34,208 nt of DNA, from the NCBI GenBank assembly GCA_023660035.1, contig JAGXOF010000003.1:1-34208 (forward strand), in the 5' to 3' direction. The notes beneath the pieces are model-generated. The model searched no databases. It worked only from the letters and a program-made list of their open reading frames with translations, and was not told the DNA's origin. Shown here piece by piece: positions 28,433 to 34,208 of the stretch. How positions within the stretch are numbered: the stretch's first letter is position 1; every line of letters begins with the position of its first letter. The DNA is from Dehalococcoidia bacterium LH_S1. GTDB lineage: Bacteria; Chloroflexota; Dehalococcoidia; SZUA-161; SpSt-899. The position numbers were made by a program, and so were the translations under genes.

Positions 28433-29968
28433 CTACTTGTTGTAAACGTTCAACCGCGGGAGTACCCCGGGTATTTGCTCAAATATCTTTTTAGTGGTGG
28501 CTTCATCTATGTGCTCCACAGGTTGAGAAAGGAGCTCGTTCACCTTGTCACAAGCAAGCTCTAATGCCTGGTCGCTTTCTCTATCCCCTTCGAATGGATA
28601 GGGTTGTGTAATCTGCCCACTTTTCAGCATAGGGCGGATTGACCGGATATAAAGCTTTTGCTCCGTGTTCATTACCTCTCTTATCTGTTTGAGAACTGTG
28701 TCGGTCTCATCCTGGTTGATCTGTGGGTCCCTCAAGAAGAACTTCAGCATCTGAAAATGCGCGTCATCCAGAACTGTCTGAGGCAGACAGAATGTGGAAT
28801 TACAATCGAAGAGGCCGTATGTGAGATGGAGGTATTGAGGTCCGCTCAGTGTCACCAGTATGTTCGAGAAAAGCCTTTCTACGGAGGACTGTGTGCCGGG
28901 TACTTTTGCGTCGCACACTCCAGAGCTCCCGTAGCAGGGTAATTTATAGAATCTGGCTAATTGAGCACAGTCGACGTTATACTGGCTGGTCTCAGGTGCG
29001 CCATAGGAATCGCTCAGGTCGTCAAGCCTGGCTCTTACGGGTACGCTTCCGTAAATGATCGGTGCTCCGGGGTTCACCAGCTGGCTCAGCGTTATGCCTG
29101 CCAGAACCTCAGCGTTTATCTGGGCCAGGATGCCCATTTCCTTAACGGGGGCAGTGGTCCCAGCCTGAGGTGAGGATGAAACAACTACAGGCAATTCCCT
29201 TCTGCAAAGTTCTATCATGGTCTGTGTCGTATCATTAACGAATTGCAGAGGGCTTTTTACCAGACAGGTGATAAAGGAAATGATTGGGTTCTCTTTTAAT
29301 TTCTCTTCACTGCCGACGATCAATTTGGCCATGTTGACGACGTTGTCCAGCTGCTCCAGGTTTGTTAATCCCATCATGAAGTGTTTGGTGGTATTATTCA
29401 CTGAAGCGAAGAACTTGTTAACGTCCTTGTTGTCATCTGTTATGTCGTCGTCCTGAATGTTCACTGTGCGGATAAAGGCGTCCACGGTCTCAAGGTGTTC
29501 GCATACATGAGCAGCTTTAGCCAGGTCTTCAACCATACCACGCCGTGCGTGGAATTCAGGCACCTTAGCCTCGGTGCTTGAGCCGGACTTCTTTACATAA
29601 GTTTGAAAGTCAACGTCCAGCCAGACATTTGTCTCCGATCCCGTAACGAAGAACACCCTTGGTTCATCACCGTGCATTATCAAGCTGTTATCCTCGTTCC
29701 TGGCTCCCAGCTTGACCGTCTTCGGTGCGCTATCAAGAGCTTTGGAAACGAGGTTCTCCGGTATTTTGATCGACCATGTTGGGTGCTCGCCGCCGGAGAC
29801 AAATGTAACCTCTGCACCATTACTGCTAAATATGTCCGCAGCCTCCTTGTTAAAGCAGAACAGCCCGGGGTCCATCAGAACATCCAAAGAACTCTGATGG
29901 ATCTGTTCAAGTTGCTCCTTGCTTACCCTTTCATAGGGATTAGTGATTAAGGTCCCTTCCCTTGGCAT
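28433..29968 (-). CDS. Trimethylamine methyltransferase (MttB superfamily), non-pyrrolysine, divergent paralog
   Basis: IHQSSLDVL, SPL, AGTTAPV, AQINAEVLAG..QLVNPGAPIIYG, AQLARFYKLP; ATG after aggagg. Confidence 0.9.
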   Translation of the reverse strand: MPREGTLITNPYERVSKEQLEQIHQSSLDVLMDPGLFCFNKEAADIFSSNGAEVTFVSGGEHPTWSIKIPENLVSKALDSAPKTVKLGARNEDNSLIMHGDEPRVFFVTGSETNVWLDVDFQTYVKKSGSSTEAKVPEFHARRGMVEDLAKAAHVCEHLETVDAFIRTVNIQDDDITDDNKDVNKFFASVNNTTKHFMMGLTNLEQLDNVVNMAKLIVGSEEKLKENPIISFITCLVKSPLQFVNDTTQTMIELCRRELPVVVSSSPQAGTTAPVKEMGILAQINAEVLAGITLSQLVNPGAPIIYGSVPVRARLDDLSDSYGAPETSQYNVDCAQLARFYKLPCYGSSGVCDAKVPGTQSSVERLFSNILVTLSGPQYLHLTYGLFDCNSTFCLPQTVLDDAHFQMLKFFLRDPQINQDETDTVLKQIREVMNTEQKLYIRSIRPMLKSGQITQPYPFEGDRESDQALELACDKVNELLSQPVEHIDEATTKKIFEQIPGVLPRLNVYNK

Positions 29969-30079
29969 TTCATTCCTCCTCTGATTTCTATCGTGTACAG
30001 TATGCTCGGCTCTGTTTGTCAACGCTTGGATTGCAGTACTGTGCTGGTTCGATGCCGAGGATATTCTTTCGGCGTTCTC

Positions 30080-30757
30080 TTAACCGACCAAGCTTGTAAC
30101 CACTCTTACAGCGTCGAAGCCGTCAGCACCGTAGCCGTCAGCACCGATATTGTTGGCAAACTCCTCGGTAATGGGCGCTCCACCTATAACCACCTTGACC
30201 TGATCTCTGACCCCGGCTTCTTTTAATACTTCAATCACGCCTTTCATGTTCCCCATGGTACTGGTGAGGAGTGCTGATAATCCGACAACCATAGGTTTCT
30301 CTTCCTTGATGGCATTTGCTATGGTTTCAGCCGAAATATCATTGCCTAAATCATTAACGATGTAGCCATTCCCCCGCAGTAATATGGCCACGATGTTCTT
30401 CCCGATGTCGTGAAGATCCCCTTTCACTGTAGCCAGAAACACTTTACCCTTGGGTTCAATTCCGCTCTGGGCAAGGAGGGGATCCAGCATTTCCATGGCT
30501 ACCCCGACTGTTTCAGCCGCAGCTAACATGTCCGGTATGAAGAACTCCTTGGATTCGAATTTATCCCCCACTATGGTCATGGCGTCGGTTATGGTATCTA
30601 GTATCGTACGTGGCTCGTAATTATTATCCAGAGCTTCCTGGACGAGCTCCTTCACACCCGGTTGCCCTGTCATTTCATCTTCCAGTCCTTCATCGTCCTT
30701 CGTGATTCGTCCCTGTATCACGTTTTCCTTCATTGCGCCAAGTATGTCTTCTGTCAT
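30080..30757 (-). CDS. Corrinoid (cobalamin-binding) methyl-acceptor protein
   Basis: DLHDIGKNIV (DxHxxG), SALLTST, GGAP, IGADGY. Confidence 0.95.
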   Translation of the reverse strand: MTEDILGAMKENVIQGRITKDDEGLEDEMTGQPGVKELVQEALDNNYEPRTILDTITDAMTIVGDKFESKEFFIPDMLAAAETVGVAMEMLDPLLAQSGIEPKGKVFLATVKGDLHDIGKNIVAILLRGNGYIVNDLGNDISAETIANAIKEEKPMVVGLSALLTSTMGNMKGVIEVLKEAGVRDQVKVVIGGAPITEEFANNIGADGYGADGFDAVRVVTSLVG

Positions 30758-30813
30758 GCCCCCTCCCTTTATTCGAGGATTTTGCTTGATCAATCCCTTG
30801 TAGGGGTGGCTTC

Positions 30814-31623
30814 TTACTCCACGAGCAGGCCTTTTCTATTGGCCTTTATGAACGCCTTGCAGTTAGGGTCATTGCCGGTGAGCAAATCAGCCAACTTGAT
30901 GAACGGTGTCATCTTTGAGTCCCGCGGATCGAGAATCGCTGCGTCGAGCCCGGCATAAGCTGCCATAAGCAGAGTAGCTCTGTTAACCATCTTTCTCGCT
31001 GGCAAGCCGAATGAGACATTGCTCAGTCCCACAACGGTCTTGGCCTCCGGATAGCGGCTTTTGATTCCCTCTATCGTCTTCATTGTTACCATACCCTGTG
31101 TGGGATCCACGGAAATGGGAAGCACCAGTGGGTCGAAGAAGATGTTCTCAAGTTTTATCCCTAAGGATTGTGCCTTCTCCACGATCTGACCGCAGGCGGT
31201 TAGCCTATCCTCAACATTATCCGGTATGCCCTCTGCCCCATGAGCCAGAGCTACCAGCAAAGCTTGCCGCTCGGCGGCCAGGGGAAGAATGGCCTCCATC
31301 CTCTCTGATTCGGCACTCACCGAGTTGATTGTTACCTTATCGCCATTGTACTTGTCGAGGCCAGCTTTGATGACCTCCGGGCTATCGCTGTCGATTACCA
31401 GGGGTTTATCCGTTACCTCCTGGACGATTCCTACCAGCCACTGCATAGCCACCGCTGCTTCTTCGCTGGATTCCCCTCCCCTTGTTGCGTTTACGTCAAG
31501 AAAGTCCGCCCCTGCATTCTCCTCCTCCTGGGCCAGGTTTTGTAAAAACTCCTTGTCCCTGTCAGCAATTGCTTGCCCGACCTTTTTATTTGTAGCGTTT
31601 ATCACTTCCCCGATTACTAACAT
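30814..31623 (-). CDS. Methyltetrahydrofolate:corrinoid methyltransferase (AcsE/MtgA-like pterin-binding barrel)
   Basis: IGExIN, GADFLDVN, IDS, INS, DPLVLP, GLSNVSFGLPAR. Confidence 0.92.
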   Translation of the reverse strand: MLVIGEVINATNKKVGQAIADRDKEFLQNLAQEEENAGADFLDVNATRGGESSEEAAVAMQWLVGIVQEVTDKPLVIDSDSPEVIKAGLDKYNGDKVTINSVSAESERMEAILPLAAERQALLVALAHGAEGIPDNVEDRLTACGQIVEKAQSLGIKLENIFFDPLVLPISVDPTQGMVTMKTIEGIKSRYPEAKTVVGLSNVSFGLPARKMVNRATLLMAAYAGLDAAILDPRDSKMTPFIKLADLLTGNDPNCKAFIKANRKGLLVE

Positions 31624-31682
31624 ATCCCCCCTCTTGTAGTTAAGCGTTGAAATGGAAACACTGAACCCGCTGACCTCCTGAG

Positions 31683-33122
31683 CTAGCCTTTGATGTTCTG
31701 TATTTCCGAGAGTATTCGCCCTCTTACCTCAGTGGGTAAGTTTCGTGCGGGGCCTGCCAGAATCTCGTCCACTCTCTCAGCAGCTCTCTGGAATGTATCC
31801 TTCGATCCTTTGGTCTCCCAATCTTCACGGAAGTCCTTATCGCTCAAAGTAGGGGTGTAGTGTTCCTTGCGCATGAAGCGGCGTGTATGGTTGGTGGTGA
31901 CAAAATTCCCGCCTGGCCCGGTCTTTTTAATAACATCCAACCCGATAGACTCGTCATCCACTCTTATACCTTCCACAGCTCGCATTACCATTCCCAGTAT
32001 CTCATTGTCGATGACAAGCTTTTCCTCTGACATGCTCATAGCAAATTCCATGAGTCCTGCCGCGTCGTGAATGAAATTGGCCCCCGCTAATGCGCACAGC
32101 GTGCTTGTTATGGCGGACTCGTATCCGCTTTGAGAGTCCAATACCTTTGAATCAGTCATGCCGCCTGTAGCATAGTAAGGTATCTTGTAGAATTGAGCCA
32201 TCTGGGCGGCACCGGCATTGACGAGCCCTGATTCCACCGTTCCTGCCAGATACTTGAGGTCAGAAAGGTCAGTTGAAGTAGCTACTGAACCGTAGATAAC
32301 TGGTGCTCCTTCCTTTATTAGCTGAGAAAGCATCACCCCCATAAGTGAGTCCACCACCTGGATCACCAGGTTCCCTGCGAGAGTGACCGGCGATGTGGCC
32401 CCTGTCAGCGGTTCGGCGGGAACGACGAGAGGTATGCCTGCCTCAACTATAGGTCTTGCCAGATCTCCGTAGCTCTTATCGAGTATCATGGGGCTTATTG
32501 CGCATGTAATCATGGAGATAATGGGACGCTTGCGGAGCTCTTCGGGTGAACCAGCGATCATTTCCGCCATCTTTATAACTTGCTGCACGCCCTCTGGAGT
32601 ATATACGCCCCCCATAATGTGTTTGGTGGTATTATCCAGCCCGGCGAAGAAACGATTTATGTCTACTTCTTCGACAGGTAAGTCATTAGGATAGGTGCAG
32701 AGCATAAATAGATGGATATTGTCCAGGCCGTCAGCCAATCTGGCTATGTCCTTGAGGTCCTCAAGCGTGGCATGGCGTTTCTCCCCTTTGCGTTGGTCCC
32801 ATATGTAAAGGGCGGTGCCACCAGTACCAGCGTGTACGCGGGGTCCGCCCAGTAGTAGATCGTGTTTTTCCTCTTGCCCGCACAGATTGATTTCAGCGGG
32901 GGCCATGTTAATGAGCTCCATGACCTTACTCTCAGGGACGCGCGCGATTCTGTTCTCTATATCTACCTTCGCTCCGCCCTTCTCGAAGAGGCCCATGGCC
33001 GCTTCCGAATTGACTTGGAAGCCCACTTCCTCGATAATTTGCATTGCAGATTGGTGAATTTTGTTTATAGATTCCTCTGTAAGAGGCTTATAGCTGCCTC
33101 CTTCTACTCCTTTGTTGCTCAT
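31683..33122 (-). CDS. Trimethylamine methyltransferase (MttB superfamily), non-pyrrolysine
   Basis: GATSPVTLAG, AQMAQFYKIP, DSKVLDSQSGYES, GPGGNF; ATGA overlap with upstream gene. Confidence 0.94.
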   Translation of the reverse strand: MSNKGVEGGSYKPLTEESINKIHQSAMQIIEEVGFQVNSEAAMGLFEKGGAKVDIENRIARVPESKVMELINMAPAEINLCGQEEKHDLLLGGPRVHAGTGGTALYIWDQRKGEKRHATLEDLKDIARLADGLDNIHLFMLCTYPNDLPVEEVDINRFFAGLDNTTKHIMGGVYTPEGVQQVIKMAEMIAGSPEELRKRPIISMITCAISPMILDKSYGDLARPIVEAGIPLVVPAEPLTGATSPVTLAGNLVIQVVDSLMGVMLSQLIKEGAPVIYGSVATSTDLSDLKYLAGTVESGLVNAGAAQMAQFYKIPYYATGGMTDSKVLDSQSGYESAITSTLCALAGANFIHDAAGLMEFAMSMSEEKLVIDNEILGMVMRAVEGIRVDDESIGLDVIKKTGPGGNFVTTNHTRRFMRKEHYTPTLSDKDFREDWETKGSKDTFQRAAERVDEILAGPARNLPTEVRGRILSEIQNIKG

Positions 33123-33799
33123 ACTATCCTTTCCGGACAATCGGTCTTGTCACACTTTTTGCAAGGGTTATAAGTGTCTGCTCCGCTATCGGGTGTACCA
33201 AGCCCTATAATGCCGGAGACTGATTTCTGTGGAATCATCAAGCAGCCGTCGGTCAAGCGGACCCCTATGGAACCGCCATCGACAGCCTGAAAGATCGCCC
33301 TTTGTTGTTCGGTGTCCCAGTCGCACCAGCCGGGGCTCAATCGCCGACTTAGAACGAGGTATTCCCTGCTGGCTACTCTCTCTATGCGGTCCCGAACAGA
33401 GTCGGCTACGCTTTGAACAGCAACCGAGCCTATAGCATCCAGACATGATGCCTGGAGCATGAGCCCATTTTTGACCAACCGTTTTGACATGTTTTCCAGA
33501 TAATCATCAATTGTGGCTATAAATACTGCCACCTTCTCACAGTGTTCCAGTAGCCCTGCGAGGGTTTTGCTCTGTAGTGCAGCCATATCCTCCACAACTA
33601 CCAATGAACCATGTACTAACTCGATATCTTTCACGGTATATGAATATGATGGCTGGATGAGGGACGGAGCATTCTCCGTGTACTCGTCGATCAACGACAC
33701 GGCCCGCCCTCTGGGTTTGGAACCATTTTCATAGCCCATGTATTTGTAGAGTTCACTTTTGTCTATATCAACTTCTATATCCTGAGTTGCGCTTGTCAT
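33119..33799 (-). CDS. Stand-alone methionine synthase (MetH) reactivation-domain protein
   Basis: AVFIATI, LDAIGS, RLSPGWCDW, QxxIF, LTDGCLMIPQKSVSGIIG, C-terminal CxxCxxxxC; ATG after ggagg. Confidence 0.85.
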   Translation of the reverse strand: MTSATQDIEVDIDKSELYKYMGYENGSKPRGRAVSLIDEYTENAPSLIQPSYSYTVKDIELVHGSLVVVEDMAALQSKTLAGLLEHCEKVAVFIATIDDYLENMSKRLVKNGLMLQASCLDAIGSVAVQSVADSVRDRIERVASREYLVLSRRLSPGWCDWDTEQQRAIFQAVDGGSIGVRLTDGCLMIPQKSVSGIIGLGTPDSGADTYNPCKKCDKTDCPERIV

Positions 33800-34108
33800 A
33801 ATCTTCCACCTCCCTTCCTTATTATGTCGGGATCGAGTGAGACTCTGGTTGGCGCTGTTAGAGGGTCCAAAGAACAAATACCCCATCTCATAAGGCTGCA
33901 CATTGAGGATTAATACAAACAAGGTCTCTTGCGGAGATTGCTGGGTAACCAAAATTGCGCAAGAGCTTTATGGTAAGGCCAGTGGAAGTACTATCAAACT
34001 GCAAGGGACCGGTGCGTAGGGAAAAGACCCCTAGACCCTGAGTTGCTATTCTCACATCATCTCACTTAATTCCCCCCTTACAGGATTCCTCTTTCCATAA
34101 CCTATGTT

Positions 34109-34137
34109 ATTCTGCCATGTCGGGACCCCTTTGTCAA
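34109..34137 (-). promoter_or_regulatory. Sigma70-type promoter of the methyltransferase operon
   Basis: Minus strand TTGACA-17 bp-CAGAAT with extended TGn. Confidence 0.7.
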
Positions 34138-34166
34138 GGATCACTCTCTTCTGTGTTATCTACAGC

Positions 34167-34201
34167 TGAAAACTGGACTGTTTCTGCTTGAAAACTGGAC
34201 T
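34167..34201. promoter_or_regulatory. 13-bp direct repeat, candidate activator site
   Basis: tgaaaactggact at 34167 and 34189 (22-bp period), 30 bp upstream of the -35 box. Confidence 0.6.
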
Positions 34202-34208
34202 TTGAGGG

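Noticed and set aside
28433-33122. Pyrrolysine-containing MttB
   Set aside because: Both ORFs are full length with no in-frame TAG, and no pyl genes are in the window
26234-33734. Plus-strand ORFs opposite the methyltransferase operon
   Set aside because: Antisense shadows of well-supported minus-strand genes
33824-34125. atgtcggga repeated at 33824 and 34117
   Set aside because: A single 9-bp match in about 400 bp can arise by chance
33800-34208. Cobalamin, THF or SAM riboswitch upstream of the corrinoid operon
   Set aside because: No recognisable B12 box or other consensus on the minus strand by eye; cmscan would be needed to exclude it fully

Overview
Bacterial chromosomal segment, probably from an anaerobic Chloroflexota (Dehalococcoidia-like) organism; the taxonomy is inferred from protein style only. 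Four blocks. (1) 1-4100: a cluster of decayed IS elements (IS1595, IS630, IS1182), a truncated NarL-type regulator, a secreted protein and two copies of an unexplained terminal motif. (2) 4212-21411: a DUF151 nuclease divergent from a ribosomal superoperon that begins at rplD (no rpsJ, rplC or rpmD), is preceded by an attenuator-like leader, and runs through secY-adk-map-infA-rpmJ-rpsMKD-rpoA-rplQ-truA-rplM-rpsI to an HNH gene and tRNA-Ala(GGC). (3) 21429-25965: a second IS pile-up (IS66, DUF1670, IS630), a CysN/EF-1alpha-like remnant, then AlkP-family, SDR and MauE/DoxX genes. (4) 25955-34208, minus strand: a corrinoid methyl-transfer operon (MetH reactivation domain, two non-pyrrolysine MttB, methyl-THF methyltransferase, corrinoid protein) extended by an asparagine-synthetase-like ligase that lacks the glutaminase residues and by a PhnP-like hydrolase, with a clear sigma70 promoter and tandem operator. 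The best candidates for new biology are this operon and the rplD leader RNA. All family calls come from motif recognition by eye, not database searches.
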